Positions 52,540 through 64,000 of a stretch of 64,000 bases of DNA are shown piece after piece. The notes beneath the pieces were generated by a model. It saw nothing but the letters and a program-made list of their open reading frames with translations. It was not told the origin of the DNA and did not search any database. Positions within the stretch are counted from its first letter, which is position 1, and every line of letters begins with the position of its first letter. The stretch comes from Lama glama. Lineage: Eukaryota. Location: assembly GCA_028534125.1 (NCBI GenBank), contig CM052816.1, forward strand, positions 57,104,001-57,168,000, written 5' to 3'. Position numbers and translations under genes: made by a program.

Positions 52540-53022
52540 AGCACCGGGAGGAGGCTTGATAAAGATGCAGGATTCCTGCTCCTCCCCATAGACCAGGCTT
52601 GCTTGCGTCTTGGAATGGAGGGCAAGAATCTGCATTTTTATTTTTTATCTTTATTTTTATTGAGTTATAGTCAGTTTACAATGTTGTGTCAATTTCCAGT
52701 GTAAAGCACAATTTTTCAGTTATACATGAACATACATGTATTCATTGTCACATTCTTTTTCACTGTGAGCTACCACAAGATCTTGTATATATTTCCCTGT
52801 GCTATACAGTAAAAAAGAAAGAAAGAGACAAATGAACATAAATACAAAACAGAAACAGACTCCTAGACATAGAATACAAACTTGTGGTTGCCAGGGGGGA
52901 GGAGGGTGGGAAGGGACAGACTGGGAGTTCGAAACTTGTAGATACGGACAGGCATATGTGGAATCTGCATTTTTAAAACTCCTCAGGTGATTCTGCTGGC
53001 TACCCAAGTTTGGGAACCCCTG
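52540..53022. mobile_element. MER5A-like MITE interrupted by the L1 insertion at 52641-52960
   Basis: ggcttgataaagatgcaggattcctg...gaatctgcattttta | aaactcctcaggtgattctg...ccaagtttgggaacccctg. Confidence 0.75.
52641..52960 (-). mobile_element. Young L1 3'UTR insertion with 5' inversion (52641-~52811 antisense with T-rich tail; ~52812-52960 sense)
   Basis: Exact 15-bp TSD gaatctgcattttta at 52626-52640 and 52961-52975; two L1 3'UTR pieces in opposite orientation. Confidence 0.9.
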
Positions 53023-53205
53023 AGCTACAGCTTGGGGGTGGGGGACTCCTTCCTGCCAGGCATTTCTGGAACTAGGTCAGGGAGGCTAATAATTGCCGTT
53101 TCCTGAGGACCCTGCCGCACAGATCCCCATCATTACTCCCAGTTTGCAGACGAGATGACTGAGTTCTTTTGTTCATTTCTGTGCTGATACCCAAGCACCT
53201 CAAGG

Positions 53206-53367
53206 CAGAAGTTCACCAAGTTTTTTAGGTCACAGGCCTTTTTAAGACTCTGTTAAAGCTATAAACCCTGTCAGTGAAAAACAGCACATACACAGATCTT
53301 GCACAATTTTGCAGGGTTCGTGGAGCCCCTTGAAGCCCACCCAAGGTCCTCTGTTTAAGAATGCCCA
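53206..53367. mobile_element. MER117-like hAT-Charlie element
   Basis: ttttttaggtcacaggcc...aaagctataaaccct...gcacatacac...ttgcacaattttgcagggttcgtggagcccc...ttaagaatgccc. Confidence 0.6.
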
Positions 53368-55584
53368 TCCTACAGAATATTCCCTAAGACGAGTCTGCAA
53401 ACAAGCAAGGTGAGCTGGACCCGCAGCAGCCTGAGGACGGGTTTATGGGGCACTTACTATGGGGTGGACAGCATTTCAGGGCACGTTGAGGGGAGCTGTA
53501 GATACAAGAAGTGAGGGTGGGATGCAGCCCCTGCTTCCAGTTTAGCTGGAAAGACAAGACTGCACAGGAAGAAAGACAATATGAAGTTCAAGGTGGTTTA
53601 TGCCAAGCCCAGACGAGGGCTGGCACCATGCGCCACAGCTCAGTGAGCTGAACCATCAACCATCATGAGCTGCGGGAGCGCCAAGAGGTGGGGGGTGAGG
53701 CCCAGCCTGGCAGGAGCCTGGCCTGAGCTTGGCAGGAAGGAGAGAGTTCTGGGCAGGGAGGCTTGGTGGGTATTTAGGGGAGGAGGGGAGAAGGCCAGGG
53801 CAGAGACAAGGAAAGTCAGGCCATTAAAGGGGAAAAAAAAAGAGATTCTGTATGCTAAGAAATGAATCCCAACCCCACCTGCCCCAGAAAAAGGAAGGAA
53901 GAAAGAAAAGGATACAAAAAAGAAATGCTTAAGAGAGTGATAACCTCTTTATAATATGCTTACATTGAACACTTAAATATTTTAACATAAAACATAATGC
54001 TAGATAATTATGCTTTACAATTATAGAAACAATTATGATTACAATTACAAAAATTACAGAATTTATTTTAAAAAATACATTAATTTACAGTTCCCCACAT
54101 AGTGTGGTCCAGTAACAGGACCCAAGATAAAATTACATAGGAACATGTCAGTTTGTCGGAGACTGTGCATGACCTCATTTGCAGATTACCTCAGAAGTCT
54201 AAACTTGAGGCTCATAAATGAAAATGGAGTTTGAGCCAAATGGTCCTCCTGCCTACCCTCCCTACCCTCCACCCAGGGATAGACCCTGTCACGGTGTGGC
54301 TGAAGGTCCTTGCAGAGGGGGAAGTGAGGGAAATGGAGGTATGGGTTTGGAGGGGATTGGAGGCCATGGGCCCCCACTGAATTTCCTCCTCGGTCCTGTA
54401 GGGGGAGCCGCTGCAGCTTTGAGGGAAGTCCCCGGAGTCCCAGTAAGGCAAAGGGCAGAGGACTTGGTGTGCAAGAAACTGGAGGCTGGGAGACTGGCCA
54501 AGAAACAATTACAGAGGGGCAGATGCAAGGAGGAGAGGTTGGACAAGGGCCAGGGAAGGGCAGATTCCAAGAAGGAAGGATTATGCAGCCCGAGGGACCG
54601 GGGGGGTGGGGGGAGATGAGAGAGAGGAGCTCTGGTTTTGCAGGACGGTGACCGAGCAATGGTGGCTCCACAGACAGAATCAGAATTCCTGGGGTCTGAA
54701 GGGTGAAGACCACAAGCTGAGTGTTGGTTCATCCTCTGGCAGGAGGCAGGGAGACTTTCCCCATAAGGCATCTCAACTGCGTTTCTTTCCATTAAGAGTA
54801 TCCTGATAGTTTCTTAACAGACAAACACTGCAGGCAGGGTCCTCTGCTCTCCTGGCACTGTTACCTGAAGGGTGTTCAGATTCAGGGGAGCACTGCTTTT
54901 GCCAGCTGTGTGCTCTGCCCATAACATGGCACCATAATGTGAGATGTGGGTTCTTTAAACAGAAAAGTGATTTCAGCAACTCCAGGGCAAGCTGCCTTGC
55001 AGATACATGCAAAATGTTTTAGTAACAACATATGTTTAACTATGGTTAATATGAAAATTAATAATAAAAAACAAAGCCAGAAATGAAATCTTTAACGTTG
55101 GGTGGAGGCTGAAATGGGGCAATGTACAGGCTGGGATGGACTTTACTCTGTGAGAACAGCAGGAATAAACATAGAAGTAAGCTTATGTGGAAGAAGGAAG
55201 GGTGGAGTCAGATGCCTATTTCCCCCAGGGGTCCAGGTCCCTAGGAGTTTCAGAAATGCCCATTGCCACTGTCTGGGATAGTGAACCGATTTCTTAAGCA
55301 AATAAAGTCATTTCCTGCTTCTGAATGTAATTTCTTTGCATAACAATGAGTTTACTAAACAGACCCAAGACTTATTACAAGATCCTTTAACCCATTTTTA
55401 AAAACTGATTGAAAACATGCCATGAATCTTATTTCTCATGTTTAGACAAAGCTACGTAGGACCACTTTTGAAGAATAGTAGCAACATAAAGATACATTTA
55501 GCTCTATTTGCATTTAAAAGAACCCCTTGCAGTGAGCAGGGACATGTGACTAGTTCTGGCCAGAGAAAGTGAATCATCTGCTCC

Positions 55585-55717
55585 CAGCAGATACCAGATA
55601 AGCAGGTGCCATGATCTTGGACTTCCCCGCCTCCAGACTGTGAGAAATACATGTTTGTTGTTTATAAGCCACCCCATTTCAGGTATTTCTATTATAGCAG
55701 CCCGAACAGACTCAGAT
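55585..55717 (+). mobile_element. MaLR LTR 3' fragment (MLT1A-like)
   Basis: gatcttggacttccccgcctccagactgtgagaaatacatgtttgttgtttataagccaccc...tatagcagcccgaacagact. Confidence 0.8.
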
Positions 55718-57060
55718 GATGGCCATTGGCATCGTTTCTAGATTTTCATTATTATTTACGATGCTGCAGTTGGTATCTTTCACGCCTCTCTTTGTGCTCA
55801 GATATGTGTGTTTCTCTAGGGAGTGTGACAAAAAACAGAATTGTTGGCAATATGCATTTTCAGTTCTGCTTGATATTGCCAAATGATTCTTGAAGAGATT
55901 GGACCAGTTTATACTGAGGGCAGCTATTTTTCAAGCTTACATTTGATTCTCATAATTTTGCCCTGTGTCCTAACGCAATGTTGCGTTTCACCTCTAGAGA
56001 TCTTCTAAACCAACTACTCTTATCCCAGATGGCTGTGTTTTATGACCTTTGTAAGTGTTTTTTCTAAGAGACATATTCATTTGTAATAAATAAATAAATA
56101 CATAAAACAATTCATAAAGATACGAAGAACAAGGTAAAAATACCTGAAATCCTACTATCCAAAGAAAACCACCATTAATTTTTTTTGAATATTCTCCCAA
56201 ATGCTTCTGATGGAAATGAGTGTGTGACGTTACATGAATGGAAAATGGCTATCCTGGTTTATTGCCTGCCTCTTCTCTCCACAGTCTGTTATGAACACCT
56301 TGAGGTAATTTTCCAAATCAACAGAGCTCCTTTGATCTCGTTCCCTTTGGCCTGGGGTTGCTTTGAGGTAAAAAGATGAGAGGAAAGGGAGAGAGAAGTG
56401 AGAACTAACAATGGGGAAGGATTTAATCTACACTCCATCTGATTTTCTTGTCCCAGCCATTCTGGGAGGCAGGTGCTGCTGCCCATTGCACAGATGGGGA
56501 AATTAAGGTCTCAGCAAGAGAGGGCAATGGAGTCAGCATTCCGTAAGGTTGTCACTTACTCCACTTCATTTACTCCATCTACTCACCTGCTATCCATCTT
56601 CCACTGGGCTCCCCCACATCCTCTGTGGATGCCAAGGGTGATGGGGATTTGAAGACCCAGAAGGTGCAAGGCCCGGACCTCCCCACAATCTTGGTGAATC
56701 ATGGTGAGAATATAAAAAATCTGCCCCCCCTGAGGTAGGCATCTGCTTTCCCTTCTCCCAGACCTGGAGGGGGTAAGGGAGGGTCAGGGAACATGAAGAG
56801 GCAGAGATTTGGTAGCTAGTAGATGCCAAGTCTGTGGCCAGTACGGAGGTGAGCTGTGAGGGCCTCTCTAGCTTCAAGAGGGCCCAAAAGACTGTGAGGA
56901 CTGGGGTCAGCTGTGGCTTCCTGTAGCCCAAGGAGCAACGGGAAAGGAGGCACTGCCAGCGCCCAAGGGCGTAGCCTCCTTCTCATCCCCTGCCATTGTT
57001 TAGTGCCACATAAACCCAGGTTTCCTATAGCACCCTCATTTTTCGGAGGCTAAATTTTTT

Positions 57061-57766
57061 AAATTGAACTATAGTTGATTTATAATATTGTGTTAGTTTC
57101 AGGTGTACAGCAATATGATTCAGGTATATATATTTTTTTCAGGTTATTTTCCATTATAGATTATTACAAGATATAGAATATAGTTCCCTGTGTCATACAT
57201 TAAGTCCTTGTTGCTTATCTATTTTATGTGTAGTTGTATCTGTTAATCTCATGCTCCTAATTTGTTCACCCTGCCTTCTCTCCCCTTTGGGAACCCTAAG
57301 TTTGTTTTCTGTGTCTGTGAGTCTGTTTCTGTTTTGTATATAGATTCATTTGTATTATTTTTCAGATTCCACATATAAGTGATAACCATATAGTATTTGT
57401 CTTTCTCTGTCTGACTTAACTTCACTTAGTATGATCATCTCTAGGTCCATCCACATTGCTGCCAATGGCAATAGTTTGTTCTTTTTTAATGGCTGAGCAA
57501 TATTATATATGTATCATATCTTCCTAAACCAATTGTCTGTTGATGGGCATCTGGGTTGCTTCCATGTCTTGGCTATTGTAAATAGTGCTGCTATGAACAC
57601 TGGGGTGATGTATCTTTTCAAATTAGAATTTTCGTCCTTTCTGGATATGTGCCTAGGAGTGGAATTGCTGGATCATATGATAGCTCTATTTTTAATTTTT
57701 AAAGGAGCTGCCATACAGTTTTTCATAGTGGCTGCACCAATTTGCACTCCCACCAACAGTGTAGGT
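57061..57766 (-). mobile_element. 5'-truncated L1
   Basis: attgaactatagttgattta...gattccacatataagtg...ggaattgctggatcatatg; 16-bp TSD with one mismatch, ggag(g/t)ctaaatttttt, at 57045-57060 and 57767-57782. Confidence 0.9.
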
Positions 57767-57837
57767 GGAGTCTAAATTTTTTTTGGAGAAAGAGAGGAAT
57801 GTGATATTCCTTGAATTTGATATTGTTGCCTGAAGCA

Positions 57838-58015
57838 CAGGGCTGACGGACAATATGGTCATGTGGCTCGTGCAGTCACCCAGAGCCTCACGCTTAGAAG
57901 AGCCCTGCTCTTGATTTAATGTTCTGCTGTCATCATCTTGAAACTCTCAATTTCTGAACAAGGAGCCCCACACTATCATTTTTGCCCTCATGTGTGAATT
58001 ATGTAGCTGGTCCTG
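57838..58015. mobile_element. MER53-like hAT MITE
   Basis: cagggc...gtgcagtcacccag...tttaatgttctgctgtcatcatcttgaaa...gaacaaggagcccc...aattatgtagctggtcctg with short terminal inverted repeats. Confidence 0.7.
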
Positions 58016-59004
58016 CAAAAATGCATGCCCACTGCATCCCCACTTAGCAGAAGTTTCCAAGTCTTACATCATTAGGAAAAATCCTCACTGAAGGTTGGAG
58101 TGATTAAAGAGGTTGCCAACAGGCCAGACCCACTCTATGCCCACGCAGTGTGCCCACCTTGCATTTGCTCACGCAGTTATATTTCTATAAGCAATTAACA
58201 TTCACCAAAGTGTTGGTTACCCACGTCTGAAAACAGAACTAAATATAAACTTAATATGTATTATTATAAAATTAAATGTGAAAACCATGGTGGCACATAG
58301 AAATGAGAGCCAAGATGAAAGTGAAGCTGCAGGGGGCTGGGACATTTCGGGGTGGATTTCAATGGAGAGGGCTTGAAAGTGCCAGAGAGGCCTGAATGGT
58401 AACACGTGTGTCCCAAGCATCCCAGCCTGTTCCCAGTCCGCCTAGTGCTGACAGTTTGGAGCATTTCTCCCGGCAGAGCTCCTCTTGTTCTGTGGCATTT
58501 CATTTGCGCAGATCTTCGGAAGTTATATATCAGTGTGGGGTCTTTGTATATGTTTGGAACTGAATAATCTACTTTTGAAGCTGTCAGATCCTGACATTTA
58601 GAATGTCTCGGCAATTGGTTCCCAGTTCTTGGGACTTAATGTGACTTTTTTAAGGAGCGAGGACACTTTTTTCCCAAGGTTCTGAAATTCACACTTCTCC
58701 GGCCTGAGGCTTCCAGAAGCCCTTGTAGTCTCCTGAGTGTATGTAGGTGCTGGACAGAAACGTACCCAGGAATGAGGGGTATGGGGTGATGGATGCGACC
58801 AGGAGCTGGAAGACCGGGCACGGTGTCCCTATGACACGGGCTCCTCCACGCCTTCGCTCCCCACCCTCCCTCACTATAGTCCACTTTCCTTGTAATTAAC
58901 ACAGACGTGCTCCCTCTGTTTTGTGACAGGTAGCATCAATCACTCACCAAGTATGTATTCAGGCACGCATCAAAGTGCTAAGAGGAGGGAGATGTTGTCA
59001 GTGC

Positions 59005-59220
59005 CTTCAAGCTAGATTTTAAGCGCTTACTGTATTTCAGGCGCTGCTCTAAGTGTTTCTTGGGAGTGATTCTGTCTGACTCTCAAAACTGCCTAGTGAA
59101 GCAGGCACTCATCTCCATGTAACAGGTGAGAAAAATGAGACTGTGAGACACCAAAGGAAACTGATGCAAGCCAGCAAGTGTTGGAGCCAGAATTCAAAAC
59201 CCAGCTGAGCCCACTAGTAT
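59005..59220 (-). mobile_element. MIR SINE
   Basis: agcgcttactgtatttcaggcgctgctctaagtg...ctccatgtaacaggtgagaaaaatgag...ggagccagaattcaaaaccca. Confidence 0.7.
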
Positions 59221-60726
59221 TACCCTACACGTGCTACCCAGCAAGCAGGGAGAAAGAGGCGGCTAATTGTAACAAAACCTCCTGAGCAAGGGTGTGTGCT
59301 GACACCCAGTGAGAAATTTGGGGTGTCTGGGTGCGAGTGAGGCCAGGAGGCAGCATTGGCGAGATGGTAACGCCAAGCACTAGGGAGGCACTGGCACCGT
59401 TATACTCCCAGGCAGTGACCAGACAAGGATGGGGCCCCCTCTGGGGGCCCAGGGGCACAGGTGAGCAGTCAGTGAAGAGGGACCATTCTGAGCACCGCCC
59501 AGAGCGTGTCACTCAGACTGTCTTTTGGTCCAGCCCCCACCAAGGGCACTGGGGTAGCCTCTCCAGGAGAAGGTGCTATCACCTGAAGGAAAACCAGGTT
59601 CAAAGAAATATCTGGTTCACCATAAGCTTGAGGGAACCTGAGAGAGAGCCTGTTCTGCATTGTGCCCTAATGAGGAAATGTAAGGCAGGTGGGAAGAGTC
59701 TTTGCTCCAGGTAATAGACACAGCTGTCAGAACTAAACAGAGGACTGGTCCCATCCAATGCAAGAGAGGGAGTATCAGGGTGGACCTCAAGAAGCTGCCA
59801 TTAAGGTAGGTAAAAAACAGTAGATTGTGGGGAATTGCACCAGTTAATTCTAATTCAACCCAGCCAGCAGAGTGTCGGCTGTGGCCAGGAGAAGGTAGGT
59901 TAACATAGTAGACAGGGAGCAGCCGGCACGGGGTGGGCAGACACGCTGGATCAGGGCAGAGGACAGAAGGGGCCTGAGATATTCAAGAGAGCCGTTGAGC
60001 CCAGAGGAAGGAGCTTGCTGTGGATGAAGCACTTCCCTGAGTAGGAGCTGGAGGCCAAGCCCTGTGTTCTGAGAATATCGTTCAAATCCTGTTCTGAGCT
60101 GGTGTGACCTGGGAATGCGGGTTATGCCGACAGACAGGCGGAGATGGCCAGGCTGGCAGTGTCTGCTGTCATGGGCAACCCATGGGCTGGGTGATCAGGG
60201 GAAGCTTCTTGGTGGAGATGGACGTTGAGTGAATCCTTCAAGGATGGGTGGGAATTAACACAGGTGCAGAGAAGAAAAGAGGGTGAGAGCTGGAAAAAGC
60301 TATAGTTCAACAGATATTTTCAAACAGAAAGTCACAAAATATGGCTTGGTTCCTTTTTTCGTTAAAATGTGTATGAACATATACATATGCATACAGACCC
60401 TCATATGCATTCCTTGAATGATACATGGAAGAGTATTTATTAAACTGTTAACTGTGTTGTCGTCATTGGGTGTTAACTTTCTTTGTCCTTATCTGTATTT
60501 TCTCATTGTTCTGCAGTAAGCATGTTTTACTCATGTAACATGTTTTAAAGGGTAAAAAATATAGGCTGCCCAAAGTCCTGTCAGTGTATAAATGCGCTGC
60601 GAGAGAAAGCTGCTATCTGAGTGTGTTGGGATTCTTCCAGGGTGTTACTGAAATAGTGAACCCCACAGGTTTTCCACAGCAACCAATATACATAACATAA
60701 TAGCTTATGAGCATGTGCTCTGTAGG

Positions 60727-61302
60727 TTTTTTTTTAATTGAAGTATAATCAGTTTACAATGTTGTGTTAATTTCTGATGTACAGCATAGTGTTTCAGTTA
60801 TATATATTCCTTTTCATATTGTTTTTCACTATAGGCTATTACAAGATATTGGAGATAGTTCCCTGGGCTATACAGTAGGACCTTATTGTTTATCTATTTT
60901 ATATATAGTAGTTAGTATCTGCAAATCTTGAACTTCTAATTTATCCCTTCCTGCCTCCTTTCCCTCCAGTAACCATAAGTTTGTTTTCTATGATTATGAG
61001 TTTGTTTCTGTTTTGTAAAGAATTTCATTTGTGTCAATTTTTTTAGATTCCACATAGGAGTGTTATAGTAGTTTTCTTTCTCTTTCTGGCTTACTTAACT
61101 TAGTATGACGATCTGTAGGTCCATCTCTGTTGCTGCAAATGGCATTATTTCATCGAATTAATGACTGAGTAATATTCCATTGTATAGATACCACGACTTC
61201 TTTATCCAGTCATCTGTCAATGGACACTTAGGTTGTTTCCATGTCTCGGCAATTGTAAATAGTGCTACTATGAACATGGGGGGGTTGTATTTTTTCGAAT
61301 TA
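60727..61302 (-). mobile_element. 5'-truncated L1
   Basis: Poly(T) followed by aattgaagtataatcagtttacaatgttgtg...tagattccacata...ggttgtttccatgtctcggc; imperfect TSD (gtgctctgtaggttt / gcactctgtagattt). Confidence 0.9.
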
Positions 61303-61517
61303 GCACTCTGTAGATTTGATTCTATTGCCACAACTTGCTAGCTAGTAAAGTAGAATAATGACAGGACCTACCTCTGAGGCTCTTTTTGAGCACTCAGAAA
61401 ATGTTATGATTGGCTCCTCTCTCCCTCACACACACACACACTCACACACACACATTCACACACAGTCTTCCTTGAACACAGCTCTCAACCATCCACATGA
61501 AGGTAGCGTAGACCAAC

Positions 61518-61673
61518 CAGGGTTTCTCAGGCTTTATTATGCATATGAGTGGCCCAGGAATCTTGTTAAAATGCAGGTTCCAGCTCCAGAGGTCTGAGCT
61601 GGAGCCTGAGACTCTGTGTTTCTCACGAGCTCCAGATGATGTCACGCTGCTGATCCGTGGACCACGCTTTGAG
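61518..61673. mobile_element. MER5A-like MITE
   Basis: cagggtttctcag...atcttgttaaaatgcaggttc...gctgctgatccgtggaccacgctttgag. Confidence 0.8.
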
Positions 61674-62939
61674 ATGTGAAGGTGGGAATGAGTTAATGTC
61701 CTTTTAGGATGGCCAGGAACAAGATGCTCTTAAATGTATTCCAATATTACCTGTCACGTGGATTCTTATCTCTCCCTGGCAGTCTTACGTCATCCTGTTC
61801 ATCAGGAAACATAAACCCCTACTTCTGTGTGTAAGATCCTGTGCTGGATTCTGGGGAATCAAAGTCTCTGTTATAAAACAGAGCCCCTGCCTTAAGGAGC
61901 TTATATTCAACACCTAAACATAAAAATGTAGGCAGCCATCAGAAGAACCTATTCTGGGTGCCAAATGAGGGCCACAGGCAGTGACTGAGAGCAGGACTCC
62001 AGGGTCTATTCTAAGTTCTGTAGAGAGCTTCAGTCCAAATGCTTTCTTTGAAATGTTGAGGAGTAACACATGCCCCAGATGCAGGACCGCATTAATACGC
62101 CTTAACTTTTAATGCAAGAGTCATGTCTCTGTATATAAATATAGGTTCCCCTAGGATATGTGAGGCTGTAGTGTATTGTTTTCATAGTCGCCAGACTTCC
62201 TCATTCCTCGTTAGCGGGGGAGCCGTGGCTGAGATACAGAAGTCATCTAGAACGTAAGTACACGGGCTTGCGGCCACCCCACACCATCGTCGCCATTGTT
62301 TAAGGAATGGGTTTGCCTCATTCAGCTGCCTTTTGTGGGGTTTTCAGCTCCTACTTGAAGACTAGTATTTGCTTATGGAAACAGTGACACCAAATTAGTG
62401 TAGGTGGTGCTCAGGGCCAGGAATAAACACAAAATAGTCCAGCAGCCAGGGTGAGTTATTATTAGGCCTTGGAGTTGCCCGTTGGTGCAAGGCCCCCTCC
62501 TAAGCCCTCGGTTTTGCATGGGGCAGTCTGCCAGGTGGGGTGGGGGTGGGATGGCACGCTTGGGAGCAAATGTCCAAGGTGTCTTCGAATACACCAGCCC
62601 TGCTGAAACAGGACGTGGTCTGCCCGCAGGAGCAGTGGGGAAGAAAAGAGAGGGGACCTCGTGGGGTACATTGAGGTAAGTGATGATTATTAGCATGTTT
62701 TCTTGAGTGGTATTGCCTTAGGAAGCAAGAACTGGTTTTGGAGATAAGGAATTTTGATCAGGCAGGGACACTTTGGAATGGGAACTCTGAGAAAATGAGG
62801 CTCTCTGGGGATCCTTGGGATTGAGCAGAGGTGAAGTTGGCAGGAACTGGCATGGGAAACTGGGGGGCCCAGGACCCTTTAGACCCCGCCCGTGGGGAGG
62901 GGATGTGTAAACAAGACTGCTCAGTCATATCAGCTCTTT

Positions 62940-63155
62940 TTTATCAGGTGCTAATTATATTCTAGGCATCATATCCTTTGATTCTCCCAATAAACCTTCT
63001 GACCTGGAGAGCGGGGTTGCTTCCTTCCATCCTGCAGACCTGGAAACTGAGACTTGGGAAGCGCAAGAACTTGCCAAAGCCGTAATAGAGTGATGGAGAG
63101 AGATGAGTCTGTTCTGACTCCAGAAGCTGCTTTCTTAAACACCACTCTGTGTCCT
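62940..63155 (-). mobile_element. MIR SINE
   Basis: ttgattctcccaataaacc...tgcagacctggaaactgagact...aacttgccaaag...tctgactccagaagctgctttcttaaacaccact. Confidence 0.75.
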
Positions 63156-64000
63156 CAAAGAAAAAAACTGAAGCACAACATAAGAGTTCGAATGCATTCT
63201 GCTAAAAGTGTTAGCTATCACGACAGCCATGAAACACACACAGCCATCAGATCAGGGCCCGGGGAGACCTGGAGTGTGGCCAGGCTCCATCTGCCTGCTT
63301 TCACCTGGTGAAGGCAGTAAAGTCATAGTCCTGGAGGCCAGGCTCAGGATATCACCTCCTCACAGGGCTCCTCCCAGGGCTCTGGGCCTGTGCTGAACCT
63401 CATGGCAACGTTGAGGCCCAAACCCTTCCTGGACAGTTAAGGGAGACAGAGGCAGGGCAGTGTTGAGGGTGTCCTCAGAGTCACCCAGCCAGTAAGGGGC
63501 CAAGCCTTTGGCTACAGACTTCAGCTCTTGACTCCTGTGCTCTCCTGTGTGCTGGCCAGAGGCCTGGCGGCTGCAGGTGAGCATGAGAACCACCTGAGGA
63601 CCAGGACTATGTCCAGGACAGTGTCAGAGGCTCCTTGATTGTGGCCTTTGACAAGGCTGAGGGAGGACTGAGGCCAGAAGAACCCTCAGCCAAATTTACG
63701 ACTATTTAACCACACGTCCAGGGCCACTGTCTCCCTTTCAGTGCCTAGGACGTTCATCTTGACCTCTGGCCCCCCAGTGGGGTTTGCCACTGCACCGCTC
63801 ACCTGTGCACAAGGCCCACAGTATCACGGGGTGATCCCCTTGTTCCAAACACCCGGCCTTTAGTGAGGGCAGGGGAGGCTGGCAGGGCCCTTTGACCTGG
63901 GGCCCCAGCTCGAGGGTGAAGTTGAGTGAGGATGAGGCAGCCTCGCAAATGCTGGTTTCTCCCTTTAACTTTGTCCTCTAAGTCTTTCCACAGGGATTGA

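Noticed and set aside
54186..54792. Gly/Pro-rich ORFs of 133-175 aa on both strands
   Set aside because: Explained by G-rich strand bias; no recognisable protein and no convincing exon boundaries
62340..62681. Perfect splice donor GAG|GTAAGT at 62675/62676
   Set aside because: No unambiguous acceptor or coding frame; isolated consensus donors are common by chance
1..64000. Repeat strand bias as evidence of a host gene's direction
   Set aside because: L1 fragments are mostly on the minus strand but LTRs mostly on the plus strand; the signals conflict and the counts are small
1..64000. CRISPR array, operon, phage or defence-type system
   Set aside because: The sequence is mammalian; I saw no regularly spaced direct repeats with unique spacers and no gene-dense ORF organisation

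Overview
This is mammalian, non-coding genomic DNA, very likely from a camelid (alpaca/llama/camel): it carries two copies of a tRNA-Ala-derived SINE of the Vic-1 type. I could not support any protein-coding exon, rRNA, functional tRNA, CRISPR array or prokaryotic-type system. The six-frame ORFs look like chance ORFs from GC-rich CpG islands, repeats and low-complexity sequence. The window is a mosaic of old eutherian repeats (L2, MIR, MaLR/ERVL LTRs, hAT MITEs, L1M), younger L1 3' ends, and a ~280 bp fragment resembling the EIF4A2 3'UTR. Three CpG islands (~30.4-32.3, ~33.4-34.4 and ~46.7-47.4 kb) lie in transposon-poor DNA with clustered homeodomain/TCF/GATA/MEIS motifs, which suggests a developmental regulatory landscape or lncRNA locus. 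I could not identify the locus. Repeat subfamily names come from recalled consensus sequences, not a database search, and boundaries are approximate unless a target-site duplication (TSD) is quoted. I found no convincing new biological system. The best leads are the poly(A)-less EIF4A2-like fragment, a twin-primed L1 insertion and the gene-less CpG islands.
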